Numbered from the stretch's first letter, positions 25,555 to 39,413 are shown. The stretch: DNA of 64,000 bases from Lingula anatina (GCA_051362555.1 CM120643.1:3038001-3102000); one strand, 5' to 3'. The notes: a model not told the origin generated them from the letters alone. Numbers and translations: made by a program.

Positions 25555-26179
25555 CTGCAGCAAAGAAAAAAAGGACAAAACTGTAATGATGAGATTTAGA
25601 CACAGGTGCGAGGGACTGTCTGGACTCTGCTTAGTGACAAACACTGGCTGAATATGCTCTGCAACTCTTATATGTTTTCCATTCATGGTGTAGAAACTCA
25701 AATATTTTTTTATGTTATTGATAAAAAATTCCTTTCCACTTGAAATGAAAAAATTCAAATAACTCAAATAACTCAAATTCACATTTCTTTTTCATATTTT
25801 TGTTATCATTGTTTGGCAAATCTGCAGATCTGTGTGACGCTACTGAGAAGTCCTAAGTTCACTGTTGGTGCCGCAGTGGAGAACACTGCTGAATCTTTAA
25901 ACCTGAAAACCTTACATAAGCTGAGGCAGAATGAAAACATCAACACAAAAGAATCACTACATAATTACCAGTTCAATATTTGGTCTAGTATGCTCAATTA
26001 AAATAATTGAGATTTAAGGAAAAGATCAGATTCTTGTGGTTTGCCAGTCAGATTGCCAATTAAAGCTAAAAGCCATTAAGCTATAATTATCATCTGTGCA
26101 TTGCCACACTATTTGCATTTTTTTTTTTTTTTATATTCCAAGCTTAATTTGGTGACCTTCCGCACGCTATTTTCTGTTT

Positions 26180-26420
26180 TTTACTTCCACTAAGAAGGTC
26201 ATGTTTTTATCCTGGTTTTTCTCACTGTTCGTCACCAATGTAACTAAAAAGTTATAGATAAATTTTGATGAAAATTTCAGGCAAGATCAGATATGGGCTA
26301 ACTAAAAAGTGATCAGGCTTTGGTGGGATCAGTGATCCGAATCACACATTTTTGAACAGGATTCCTCAACATTGCATGATTGGGCCAATGACCTTGTGCA
26401 ATGGATGTGTTCTTAGCTTT
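26180..26420. mobile_element. degenerate Helentron-associated non-autonomous element fragment
   Basis: ttacttccactaagaaggtcatgtttt...taactaaaaagttat...attttgatgaaaatttcagg...gatccgaatc resembles, from memory, a widespread HINE-type consensus. Confidence 0.4.
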
Positions 26421-27563
26421 TTTATTACCTATCCTTTTACCTCCTCAGCTATCGATCAATCCAATAAATACATTTTAAAATGAAGACAATTAGTCCTGTA
26501 GCCTATGCCACGAATAAAGAATTTTGGCAGATTTTCGTAACTTAAAAGGCAAAAGGTTTTAATTTTATATATTTCTACCTGGGTCCAAGCTTGCATACAG
26601 TGCACACAAGTTGGGGCGGAGAGCCCTACATGATGGTATTCTACTGCGCACCAACAATGATGGCGTTCATGTTGGACATTTTCATCATCTCAGTTATAAC
26701 TTCTTGATTAAAACTGCATTTGAAAACCAACAGGATGAATCTAAATTGAACAGTGAAATGGCAAATTTCAAAGTTTCAGTTCCTGCTCAGAGAATGATAT
26801 TTGAGTGACGATGTTGAGTACAGGACATCAGGGCAATGTTTGCTCTAAACAGAGCCCTCTGGCCCCCAAAGGGACGGTCCCAGCCCTGTTTATGGACAAA
26901 CACTGAAAACAGAGTTCACTGAGGATGACTAACAACAAATACTTGAAACTTGTGATAATGATATAGTCAATAGTTATGATGGATATTACTGATGCCAACT
27001 TTTATTATTATGCCCTTTTAACAATTCAGGTTCTGTGAACTTTGTTGAAAAACACAAAAAGTATCATGGCCTTGTTTTTCTTGAATACAATGTTTTTCCC
27101 CTCTATTTATTTGTCTTAGATACCTGGATTAATATTCAACTTATATTAGAGGAAATGATGCCATAATACAGAAAAACAAACCCATGTGAACTTTAAAATG
27201 AATGCAATTCCTAAAATGTTCACCAACAGACACTGCCAAAGCTGAAACATCCTAATTTGCAAGCCAAAAAAATAAGCAAAGCAAACTTCTTGTCCTTCAG
27301 ACATTTACATTTAAAAACCTTAGACAACTAGAAACTTCAAATAATTATCTATTAAAGTTCTCCATTTTTGTTGAATTAGAAACTTCAAATTATTTTCCAT
27401 TTTGTTTTTGTTTGAATAAGTATCCATTATACAACTTTATAAAGTGCAACAAAACAGATTGTATTCAGTTGGAGCAAGCAGAGATGATAAAAAATACCAA
27501 ATAAGGACAAAGATTTCTCTTAGCCTTGGCATATCATATATTCTTAATTGGTATGTGACTTAC

Positions 27564-27644
27564 CAGGTGCTACACAGTTCAAATGTGAAGATGGCACTGT
27601 AGTCTCTGTGTCCATTTTTTCTGTTTTTCTTGAATCTTTGGTCG
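27564..27644 (-). CDS. NFAT5: NFAT5-like exon following the IPT domain
   Basis: Acceptor ggttttag|CG, donor G|gtaagt, 81 nt phase 1-1, ATKDSRKTEKMDTETTVPSSHLNCVAP. Confidence 0.75.
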
Positions 27645-30600
27645 CTAAAACCAGGAAAACAAAGATTAAAACCCTAAAATACAAACAAAACCAACTTGTG
27701 TGGCTTTTTTTTTTTTTTTTTCAAAACAATGATAGCATAGTTGTATATTTTGTTTGTAAGTGGCTTGAAATGAAATGATAAAGAAGCATCAAACGAGCTA
27801 GCCAGGAGAATTGTCTTTGTCTAAAAAATCCTCTTTTCTTCAAGGCTAAACTTTTGTTTTAACCTGAAGAACCTTGGTTGTTGCCTAAATCTGTGTTGTC
27901 CAAACTATGGAAAACCCTTGAGGCTTTGATATTAATGAAAGTTTATTCCAGGTTGTATAATACAGCAACATCTATGTACACAGAAAACAGAAACCCTTCT
28001 GTTGTGTTCATACCTAAGTACATTTACACACATATATATATATATATATAAAGATATGGTTAAATATGTAATAGAAAAATAAACAACTTTTTGACAGCGA
28101 CATGTACACGTACATACACACACACAAACAAATGCACACTCAGAGTACAGTTTCCTGAGGCCAATATTTCACATCACTCTGGTATCAAAATTAAGATTTA
28201 CTCTTTCTTTCGAGTCAATTATCACACAAACTTTCTGGCCATTCCATACCAAGGCACCCACACATCTTACTTTGCCTAAAACGCAGCTGACCAATTCTGC
28301 AAGGCTCAGGGGGTTTGTAATTGTGACTAAATCTTAAATGGAATGACGGTATCTAGAAGCAAAGCAACCATGCAGTATAAAACCTTGATACAACAGTCAG
28401 GCTTTTGCTTGAATTTCACCTGGTAGAATGTCACTTTTCATACCAACACCAATATCGTCACTCTTATTATATTGCATGAAGAACTTATTCTTGAAAAAGT
28501 TACTTTTTTTTTTTTTTTTTTTTTGATGAAAGAAATAAACCCAAACAAAGCCAAAACTTCCACAAGCATGAAAAAATTCTCTTAGAATTACAAAGGAGAA
28601 TAAAATTGATATAATTTTGCGTTGTAAAAGAGCTTTAATCAAGACGCTACAATAGTGCTTTGAAAATTCAGTATCGATCACAATGTCAAGAGAAATTACA
28701 GATTTTCCTAAGAATTTTTTTTTGTTTCAGCAGTGAGGGTTGAATAAAAAAATGACATTCTTGTATCTGTATTAACATGATTTATAAATTAATGATCAAA
28801 TTAGATTTCGAAGGTACTCGTATGTCATATTTTTCCTGTCATTTTGAATAAAACATGAAATCAAAAACATTTGAAAAGCAGGATTGGCTACAATTGAAGT
28901 TGTTTGATGCTTCTCTTTCATATAAATCAACAAGCAATGCTTTTGGTTCATTTGCTCAATCTCATGTTGTCAATTGACCAAATCAGAGGTCTATTTTTCA
29001 TTCACTTTGGACACACTTTTTAAAAAAATTAAATCATCTCAAAATCATTCTTGATACATACTTCTGAAACAAAATATTGCTGGAATAATGTGACATAGTA
29101 AATGGTATAAACATTAGTTGTAAGACCACCAATAACAATAATCCATACTGAAACATTTTCAACCTGATTATTTTTAGGCAAAGACTATATCTGATTTCAC
29201 CTTCAACCACAGCATTGCTTGTTTCATGATACAAAACTGAAATATGGTTGTGGTCTTAGATACTTTGCTCTCAGGTGGGCAAGAAACTGAGTGTGTGTGT
29301 GTGACTGAGAAAATAAAACATGAATTAAGTCTTCTGGTGCTGCTGAAATAATAAAAAATTGATAAAAAATGACAATAATGATGTTGATGATGTTGTGACA
29401 ATGTTAATGATTCAATTTTTAAGTATTGAGTAGCATATGACAGAGATAGATTGCACAGAAAACATTTATCTGCTCATGTGTACTTATACATGTCTTGACC
29501 ACCAATAAGCACACATATAAGTACACATACAAATTCCTCTTCATGTGCAATCTATCCACATATACTATTGTCTAATTTTCTACTTACTGACTGTGCATTA
29601 TTTAAGATGTAGTTCCCCACACGTTTGACAAGATTGATTCTTCAAAAGTCCATGATAATAAGTAACCAAATGATGTCTATGGCCAAACTGCCAAAGCTCC
29701 CTCCCAACCCCGGGGTCATTGTGTACAAGATAAAGCCATTACGGTTCAAGACAGCATCCAAAATAAACCATAGACATAAATCTTTCATACTGTCATTGAC
29801 AGAACCAGCTTTATGGCTGCAATTTTGTTTTTGTTTAAATGATTTTCTTTCTTTTTTCCTAATTTTATTCATCAATTTTTGAGGCAATAGTTCTATAATC
29901 ATGAAAATCTTTAAATTTGCTGGTTCAATGAAAAAGGGAAGACCATTCAGAGCTTCAACAGTTGGGCAAGACATTAAATGAATAAAAAAAAATATGCAAG
30001 TTGGGTAGAAAAAATAACGAATAAGAAATAAAACATGAATGCTATTTACATTCATAGCGGGGGCACGGAACCCTTGAGGGATGTGACAAAACTAACAGTG
30101 ATTAACTGTAGGAATGTCACGGAGCTAAGTGAAATCTTCCTTGTACTCCTTCCGGCCACATGCTGGTCTAGCGTGGTACGTCTGAAAAGATGACGGAGTC
30201 CCTCCCATTCAGATGGATCAGACCATGGAGGTGCGAATTAGACAAGGGAGCAAGTACTCTTTGGCCAAAATATGATGTTTTTTTACGTCTCTGACTGCTC
30301 TTCTATCTCACACATAGACACAGGTAAAATTTGAAGTCATGGGAGAAAAAATGAACAGTTCTACTATGTAAAAGATGGGAGTTATAATCTAAATGACTTG
30401 ATGCAGCAGGTCAGCTCTGGTATAAACATCTGGTTTTGATGATGTCCTTGTACATGAACTAACATAAAATGATTTCAAATGTCCTAAAACTTGGTTTAAA
30501 ACATTTCAGAAAAAAAATTCAGGTGAATGGATGGTGAATAAATACTGCAAATTTGTTGAAGTCCCCCCCCCCCCAACAAAAAATGGTAACTAATTTAACT

Positions 30601-31901
30601 TATTCCTATCTTCATCATCATACAGTATTAGTTCAGACAATTTATTGTATCAAAATTAACTTTTATCGGTAACTTATTAATAAAAATAGAAAATAAGTCT
30701 ATTTCAGACAGCATTTCAATCTTCTTTAGTAAAAACTTACCATAGATAAACATTCTAGAAACAACAATTTTCTTTACAATTTTTACCCCCTATGCAGTCT
30801 TCCCCTTTAACATTTAACACTTCTCTTTTGATTGTAGCCCATGAGAAGAGCAGTCAGAAACTAAAACTTTCTGTAATTTGTGCTGAAAAAAGACCGTCTT
30901 ATAATAGATTAGCAACACATTGTTCAAACTTCTACAAGAATCGTTACAAAAGTTCTTTTTAAGTTCTCCAGCTGAAAGTATCGGGAAAGCTTTCCATCGT
31001 AAGACAACCATCCCCAAAATGCGATTATGAAAACATCTGATATGTACTAAGGAAGCAGTGACTTGTATAAGGAACAAACTAAGTTAGATCCTTAACATTT
31101 GTAATAACAGTTTTACTTTTCCATTACTTTGAATCATCCCTCTCAGCTAATTCAAAGCAATTGAAGAGTAAATCCTGTCGTAAAATTCTTAGGAACTGAA
31201 AGGTAAGAGTTGATTAAAATGCACTCCATGGCAAACACAAATCTCAAGGACGCTCGCATATTGCCCATGTAATACCCAGTTATAACCAACATTACAGCCT
31301 GTTCTAACCCACTCAAAACCCACGTCAAGTTCACACACAGCCCAACCACGCAGTGCAAGCTCCAAGTTTCCAAAAAACATCCTCTGAACCCTCACATGTT
31401 TACTTAAACATCGTGGAGGTATAACCAGTCCCTAATATCACACTTGTCTTCCGCACTTTGGACCCCCTTTTTTTTTTTTTAATCCTTTGTTTATTGTCCT
31501 TGGCAAATTTTTGTATCATACAAATCATCAAAGATGGCCTTTTGATATGCACAAGATAGCTCCATTTAGCTCTAGTCATGCACTGGCCAAGGGAGACGTA
31601 ATGCTTGCCAAATTTATTGACAGAAAAACGCAACATCGTTTCTTTCCTTGATTCAGTATCAAACCTATCAAACTGAAGCAAGCATGAATCTTAAAATCAG
31701 AATTTGGGAGCAAAATCCTCTGTAACCCATTAGTGAGACCATTTGTAGCGTGATTACAAAGACACAATTCACTGCACCTTCCTACATTTGATAAATGGAG
31801 GTCCCCAAATAGAAAGGTATGTCATTCTGTGACAATGGCCTCTATGTGACAAAACAAACTGCAGCTGTCACTTCATTTTTTCATGACAACACAAACAGTT
31901 T

Positions 31902-31996
31902 GTACTGATTAAGCCATGTTTTCTAGTACTGATTAAGCCATGTTTTCTAGTACTGATTAAGCCATGTTTTCTAGTACTGATTAAGCCATGTTTTCT
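31902..31996. repeat. 24-bp tandem repeat x4 (gtactgattaagccatgttttcta)
   Basis: near-perfect copies at 31902, 31926, 31950, 31974. Confidence 0.95.
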
Positions 31997-33082
31997 TGTA
32001 AAGGAAACCATCCAAATCACCTCTACTCACAGTCTGCTTCAAAACATACTACAATCAAAACTACACTTTACACAAAGTCCATGCACATATCAGGTACTTT
32101 ATAAAACAGGGTTCTCAGCTCCTCACATACACAAGGCTTGCTTTCCCACTTCAACTTTCTCAGTTTCTCTGTACATACAAATAAAAGTGATTCCATCCCT
32201 GTTGTTGAACACATTTATGACATTTTTTTTTACATTTCTTTTCAAATTGAAAAAGTGGCAAGCTTAAAAAGATCAAAAGATCAATCTGCAATAATTAAAT
32301 AAAAATAAACAGTGATGGCAAAAGAACTGGTTTCCAGACCTTTCAATGTTAATATTTTTTAATGATCAAAATAGTCAAAATTTACAGGGAATCGCCACTC
32401 ATTCAAAAATAAAACTAAATGAATAAATAAACAAATAAAATAAAAATAAAGAAACAAAAACTGGAGACGTCCAATATCATTAAATGCACCAGCCATGACA
32501 GGATATCTCAATTCATTTTACCCCGTCTCATTTTTTTTTTTTTTTTTTTTACTTTTTACACTGACTAACAAACAAAAATTTAGGAGAAACGGTTCATGTT
32601 CATCAACAAATTTTTTTTCAGTATCCTCAACAAATGTCAAAATTAGTTTTTTTCAAACAAACCTTTCAAAACTCATCAACAAAAATAATGGAAGGGCACA
32701 GAAATTTCAGTCCTGGTTCTAAAAACTTTTTGCATATCATTTATAAAATGTTTTCTGATGAATTATTGATGCACCGTAACACTACGTAGGACGCAAAAAG
32801 CAAAGGTAATAAATTAAAAGGCAACGACAACTAGTTGATGGTGACCAGGTTGAAAATATTTCCCATGTTTTTATCAATCTCCCCAAACCACTTTTCTCCA
32901 GAAAATCAAAACCAATTTTCTCCAGAAAGATTTCTCCCCTTCTTTTGTCTGAAAGCTAGGGCAGAAAAGGCTCCAGTGAGACCAAATACGAGTATGAAAT
33001 GAAGAGAAAAAGATCTGCAATGGCTGGTGTCATCATTACTGTCCACTGTCTATGAACATGTTTCTCAGAACAAGTACCATAC

Positions 33083-33206
33083 CTGGTCTGTAAGTCAGCG
33101 GCTGCGGGTCGCTGGTCTTACCAGAACTTTGGATGTGGAACTGGACGGTGACGGGTTCTTTGATTTCTGGATCTCTATATGGCGGGACAGTGATCACTAA
33201 ATGGGT
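33083..33206 (-). CDS. NFAT5: NFAT5-like exon, end of IPT/RHD-C domain
   Basis: THLVITVPPYRDPEIKEPVTVQFHIQSSGKTSDPQPLTYRP; acceptor gtttcag|ACC, donor G|gtatgg. Confidence 0.92.
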
Positions 33207-33629
33207 CTGAAACAATATGGAGTGGTACAGTGATTACCAGACGATTCTGAAACAATATGTAGTGGTACAGTGATTACCAGATGATTCTGAAACAACATGT
33301 AGTGGTACAGTGATTACCAGATGATTCTGAAACAACATGTAGTGGTACAGTGATTACCAGATGATTCTGAAACAATATGTAGTGGTACAGTGATTACCAG
33401 ACGATTCTGAAACAATATGAAGTGGTACAGTGATTACCAGACGATTCTGAAACAATATGTAGTGGTACAGTGATTACCAGATGGATCTAAAACAATATGT
33501 AGTGGTACAGTGATTACCAGATGGATCTGAAACAATATGTAGTGGTACAGTGATTACCAGATGATTCTGAAACAATATGAAGTGGTTCAGTGATTATCAG
33601 ATGGGTCTGAAACAATATGAAGTGGTACA
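33187..33629. repeat. 40-bp minisatellite x11 built from the NFAT5 intron/exon junction
   Basis: unit tgattaccag-a(c/t)gattctga-aacaatatgt-agtggtacag at exact 40-bp period. Confidence 0.95.
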
Positions 33630-34584
33630 CTGTTTGAGATTTGAAGGATTCCTAGTATGTGACTGTTGATGTTATATGAAACTGTGCAACAGCTCATTTT
33701 CTTGAGCTAGCGCTGTTCTGCAGAGAAAGGAACACCTATCAAACTCAGGCCAGTCTGTTAAAAGACACACATAAATGCAGACAAAATGTAAAACGGTTTT
33801 CCACTGAAAGTGCACAGCAACAAAGGTGACATCAACGACAGACACAGGTGATGGCTAATGGCTATATACATAAAAATGGCAAAACTTTTTTATGTGCTAG
33901 TTAAGTAATATATTACTCTTACATTTGATTTATGAAACAATTTGAGTTCAAGGGAAGTGCAATGCAATAATTTTTGGGAAAAATGTAAACAGTATCCCAC
34001 TATTGGCAACTTAGTACATCTGTAAGTGTCAATGAGTATTTAAGTTCACTGAAATAATGTCTTTAGTCAAAACAATAAGAAAAGCTATACTTTGTGAACC
34101 AAAACGAGAATGCCAACGTGAACTTCTCTGACTCTAGGTGGCCAATGTCTGACATGTTATCACTCAATATTGTTTACCCACTTTCCAGTTAAAGTGACCT
34201 TTCTGGACCAACTCCAAAATGTCTCAGTTCATACCATGGAGAGAAACATGTAGTGACATGCGTAATTGTTAAAATAGGCTTAAATCAACAGATTAAAAAC
34301 AAATAATAATTACATTATCCAAGATTTGCTACAATTTGTAATTCTAATGAGTAGCCTTATATATACACCTAGGTTCTTCTCTGTTAAAACATGGATAACA
34401 AATGGAGTCAAGACTGGTACTTCTTGTATAATCTGGACCATATTAAATATTGACACACACTTAAATACCTAGAGATACAGAATTCCACTACAATCAGGAC
34501 AGTGTGAATGGCTGCCTGATGCACCAATTCAACCCCAAATTTTAGTTCAACTGGGTGCATCTGAAGCATAAAACTACTAGAAAC

Positions 34585-34740
34585 CACCCCCACCCCACCC
34601 CGTCCTATCCTCCTCCTCACCCCCTCCCCACCCCATCCTATCCTCCTCCTCCTCACCCCCTCCCCACCCCGTCCTATCCTCCTCCTCACCCCCTCCCCAC
34701 CCCGTCCTATCCTCCTCCTCACCCCCTCCTCATCCCATCC
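34585..34740. repeat. C-rich 33-36 bp minisatellite x~4
   Basis: ccccaccccgtcctatcctcctcctcaccccct repeated. Confidence 0.9.
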
Positions 34741-35774
34741 AATCCAGGCCATCCTGCTGCCTCAAGAGTAACAAGACAGTCTAATCAAGCTGTTAATGCT
34801 TGTCCCTATTGCGGGGTCACTGGCTAAATTCTAGAGCGTGAAATTACATATTAATTTTACTCCTGCCTCCACTGAACAAATAAACTGACTTGTTTTCTCT
34901 TTCCAAAATTGCACAATTTCCTAAAATTGCACAATTTCAAATAATGAAACAATTTTCATTTTCATTTAGTTTTCAAAATTTTGATACAAATGCTAGAAAC
35001 TGCTTATCAACTTTCTGAAATAAAAAAAAATTAATAAAAAATAAAATTAAAAAAAAACTTTCTGAAATAAGACAAGCAGCTGTTCATGTATCTTAGCATG
35101 GTACATTACGTATTCCTCACAAGTCTTGGTGCATGTTTCTCTAGAAGGACATTGAGGTAACCTAAATGGAGTACATGAATTGGAGATTTATTAACAATTT
35201 ACCTAAGCAGGGGACACGGATTGGTGACTCATTAACCTGATGTTGGATAAGCAATGATAACAACTTCCATATTCTATATATCTACCAGTCTTCAGTGTTC
35301 AAAGTGTAGTGCTAGCTGTATGATATATGTAAAGCTCTTCATTATCAATTAACATATGTCGTTACCATAATTAAAAATTTCTACAATTACTAATATTAGT
35401 ATTATGAGTAAATGATAAGTTACTCTGCTCCTGGACTGCAAATGCAATAATAAATAAAAATTGACTGTATCTAAAATAGATTCCATATGATATTGCTAAA
35501 TCCCCCCCTCGGCTAATAAAAAATTTTCTGTCTTGGGTGAAGCAATATCAAAGCATTATTCAGTAATTATTCTAATCAACTCAAATTTCACAAAGTTTTA
35601 AGATGCTACTATGCTGGAAACACTTTTCCCCTCTACACACTGTCATGTCTGTATTCTGAAATAATAAATTACCCTAGTTGAAGTGTGGGACACCTCCTTA
35701 CCAATATAAGAGCATACAGAATATGAAAATTCTCAAACACAAGCTGAAAAAAACCTTCATACCGTTAGCTTACG

Positions 35775-36762
35775 GCCAACTTTTGGATGATCTTAATTTT
35801 CCACCAGCACTCTGCGATTGGATTTTAGATTTTCTTTTAAACAGAAAACAGTCAGTAAAAGTCGGTTTTAACTTCTCGGACACTATAGTTTTAAACACTG
35901 GCACACCCCAGGGCTGCGTCTTATCACCTTGTTTATATACGTTATTCACCCACGACTGTGTGGCGAGGGAGGAAAATAGATTTTTAATGAAGTTTGCCGA
36001 TGACACAACTTTAGTCGGCTTGATACACCATAATGATGAGATGTCATACAGGCAGTCGGTTACAAGTTTAGTAAATTGGTGCACAGACAATGACTTGATA
36101 TTAAATGTGAGCAAAACAAAAGAAATGATCATAGACTTCAGAAGAAATCAAATAAGTAAAAATCCCTTGGAAGTTAACGGTAAAGCGGTCGAACAGGTTT
36201 CTAATTATAAATTACTAGGGGTTCAGCTGAATAATAGGTTAACCTGGGGCGATAACATCACGAAGCTATTGAAAAAGGCACGTCAACGAATGTATTTCTT
36301 AAGGAAATTGAAAGCTTTTACCAGAAATGTGTTTATTTTAACGAACTTTTACAGGTGTGTTTTAGAGAGTATTTTAACTTATTCAGTAACTGTTTGGTAT
36401 GGACGTGCAACTGTGGAGGAGAGGAACAAGTTGGAAAAGATCGTCGAAACTGCAGGGATTGTAATTGGAACAGATCTAACTCCCGTCCATACTATATATC
36501 TAGACAGGACTAAAAAGAAAACATTATCAATAATGACAGACAGTTCCCATCCAGCCCATACCCTTTTTAAATTTTTACCTAGCAATTCGAGACTCTTAGC
36601 TTTTAAGGGTAGTAAGCGATTTTTAAATAGCTTTTATCCTTCGGCAGTAACTATTTTTAACTCTAACATGTAATTTTAATTTTCATTTTTTATATTTCAA
36701 TGGCGCTACTACAGGGCAAAAGATTCCCGATTTTATACATTTGTATTTTATTGGCTTAATAA

Positions 36763-36798
<36 letters not shown>
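35775..36798 (+). mobile_element. 5'-truncated non-LTR retrotransposon (Rex1/Babar-like, CR1/L2 group), C-terminal RT half
   Basis: Motifs GTPQGCVLSP, KFADD, LNVSKTKEMIIDFRR, HPAHTLF.FLPS, NSFYP; stop at 36673, short 3'UTR, AATAAA and (TTA)n tail 36763-36798; 5' boundary approximate, no TSD found. Confidence 0.9.
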
Positions 36799-36802
<4 letters not shown>

Positions 36803-37732
36803 TGGACTTAGGCCTTCATCAGACCTGATGTGAGCAGATTATGACACTCACTGACCGCTAGGTGGTATAGTTGCCATGCAGGACCCTCTTATAAATGTAA
36901 GGTCCCACTAATTATCACTATGTGATTCGAGACGCATCTATAACATATAAATTGTATTATGGAAAAACGGAAGCGCAAAGGTATTAAAAATCCTCTTGGC
37001 TGAGATGATGAATGAGCTCAAAGGATTTTTCCAGCTGGTTTGGGGTATTAAAGTGATTCATTCCTGGTTATGGATTCTAGCTATCACTTGTGCCAATAAA
37101 ATTAGCCTTGATTCAAGGTTACTGCCATAAATACAAACACAGCATCCTAACGCTGTTTATTTCCTTCTTGAAATACCTTCAGATGTTTTCCTTGACACCA
37201 GGCACGTAGTCTAGACATTGTGATTAATACAACCAGCCAGTGCTATTGTATCAAACTTTACTGCACACCCTGATACAATAAATACCTGCAAATTACCTCT
37301 GGAACATGGCCAATAACTTCATCTCAATGTTGTAGAAAAATTTTGGCTTCATTTATAAACAGTTGGCATTAAGACTATATACTATTCTCGCCCTACACTT
37401 TTAGCAGCTCAAGCAAGCATATCTTAGCTTTACCCTAACACTTCAAAATAACTGGCAATGGTTTTAAAAACAACTCAAAAATTTTTGCTCATCATTTCAC
37501 CAATTAAACACAGCTTTGATGACTAATTACTGACTCTGCTAAGAATGACAAACACAGTGATAGTGACCTCAACTGACCCCTTCATGTGACCCTAATGACC
37601 CCCACATTCCCGGCCTCTACTGTATGTAAACTTTTGGTAATTGAGGTAGGCATCAACAGATGCCCTGATTTATGGAATGGGTCTAGTGCTTGGTAAGTAA
37701 GCAAGCAAGCAGATGTCTGGGCAGGAGATTAC

Positions 37733-37907
37733 AGTCCCATTCAGAACAGTGGACTAACTAGTCCGCAGGTCAAATATGACAACCCACTACAAAGCTTACC
37801 ATCTAATCCGCTAATAAACTCGGAATAGATTCTCTGTGGGGAAGTATTCAAGTGGGTCGGCCATATTTGACCCTCGGACTAGTTAATCCACTGTTCTGAA
37901 TGCGGCC
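37733..37907. mobile_element. palindromic MITE (Harbinger-like termini)
   Basis: cattcagaacagtggactaactagtcc...ggactagttaatccactgttctgaatg, ~55 bp imperfect inverted arms, flanks tac/tat. Confidence 0.75.
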
Positions 37908-38291
37908 TATGATGCCAATTTGTAGGTGATACGTAGCATGTGCTCACAAATAGACACAGTTATCTTATCTACTGATTTATGATCATGCTATTTGTTGTTT
38001 TTGTGATGCATTTTGTGGCGTCTACCTCCAGCTATATTTCATACCAGGTAATTGACCTTGCCATGTTATGTTTAAAAAAATAATAAGATTAACAAAAAAT
38101 CAACATTTTTTTACTTTTCCCAGGAACCAAAAATAAATAAATAAATAAATAAATAAATAAAAAAATAATGATAATAACATATAAATAAATAAAATGGAAT
38201 AAATAAATAAAAATAAAAACAAATAAAATAATATCAGAAAAGATAAAACAACACTGTAGAAGAAAATACAACTAGAAAGATAAATATTTAC

Positions 38292-38482
38292 CGGTTGAAA
38301 AAACTCAGGGTCGACGGTGCCTTGTTGTTCCCAGACAACCTCCCCTTCCTCATTTAGTTCCCGGAATATGGCCTTGACATTCCGCGTGAAATTCTTCCCA
38401 ATAATGATCATCTCAACCTCGCCTTCTGGTAGGCACTCCATGAATGACCTCTTGCAGATCTCAGGCTGACCCGCTGGCTGGG
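38292..38482 (-). CDS. NFAT5: NFAT5-like exon, start of IPT/RHD-C domain
   Basis: TQPAGQPEICKRS...GEVEMIIIGKNF...VWEQQGTVDPEFFQP; acceptor cacatag|CC, donor CCG|gtaaat. Confidence 0.93.
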
Positions 38483-38526
38483 CTATGTGAAATAACAAGA
38501 TAACCAATGTAAGGATGTTTGCCACA

Positions 38527-38713
38527 TAAGCCTGTAGCCAGGGGGTATTGGAGGGGGGGGTGTGAAAAAAAAAACACCCTTCTTGCTGGGAAAATGTCCC
38601 CTCTGAGTAAATTTTCATCTAGTTACATGAAAGTTTAATGGTGAAAGGTCCACTTAAAAAAAAAAAAAAAAAAAAAAACCTCCCCCCTTTTGAAATTACT
38701 GGCTACAGGCTTG
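38527..38713. mobile_element. short TIR element (AAGCCTGTAGCCAG...CTGGCTACAGGCTT)
   Basis: 14-bp perfect inverted termini, ~45 nt upstream of an NFAT5 acceptor. Confidence 0.65.
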
Positions 38714-39413
38714 TTTCGTTGATATTTCTGACCAACCTTGACACAGATGCCTTTGTCTGCAGTGCAGACTGCCAGTATACAGCATTTATAGCTTCCAGCA
38801 GCCAAGAGTGCTGCACGTGAGATCTGCATGTCTACCAACATGAACCTCTCTGCTTCTTAAAACACTGAGAGATGCACAATTTATAATTAGTATGATATTA
38901 CCATTAACAGACATGAGCCCAAGTTTTAGAAAAAAACTCTGAACATTTATTTATTGTGGAACCAAACACCTCGCGTAAGTTTTTGGGGTTTAATTGCTCT
39001 GGGGTTATGTAAAAAAAGTGGAATTCCATGATTCCAGGGGAAAAGCTCATGTCTGCATTGATCAAACATTTCCCATGCTGAGTTGGTCAGAAATTCAGAC
39101 TTCAACTTATTCACTAAATTAGGCAGTAGGGCTTTGCAGGAAAGTCTTTTTTTGGCTGTTGTTTGGTAATTAACCTGGTGAACTAGATTTTTTTCTTTGA
39201 CACTTAGACTGTTACATTATTAATACATAGCAGGAAAATGTGCGTCATTCTACTAAACCCATTTCCCTCTTCATTTCCTTTTTACCCAATAATTACAACA
39301 CAAGCCTAGAGGTTGAAACATATAATCTAATTTGACTTGACAAACACTTTGTACTAAGTGAGAGGAAAAACCATCTTAAAATCTGAGTGTAAGGCATCCT
39401 GGGGATCACTTAC

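Noticed and set aside
33187-33629. Regularly spaced repeats as a CRISPR array
   Set aside because: No unique spacers (head-to-tail 40-mers), eukaryotic intron context, no cas genes.
34408-34827. Extensin-like Pro-rich and Arg/Gly-rich ORFs
   Set aside because: Translations of the 33-bp minisatellite; no splice or codon support.
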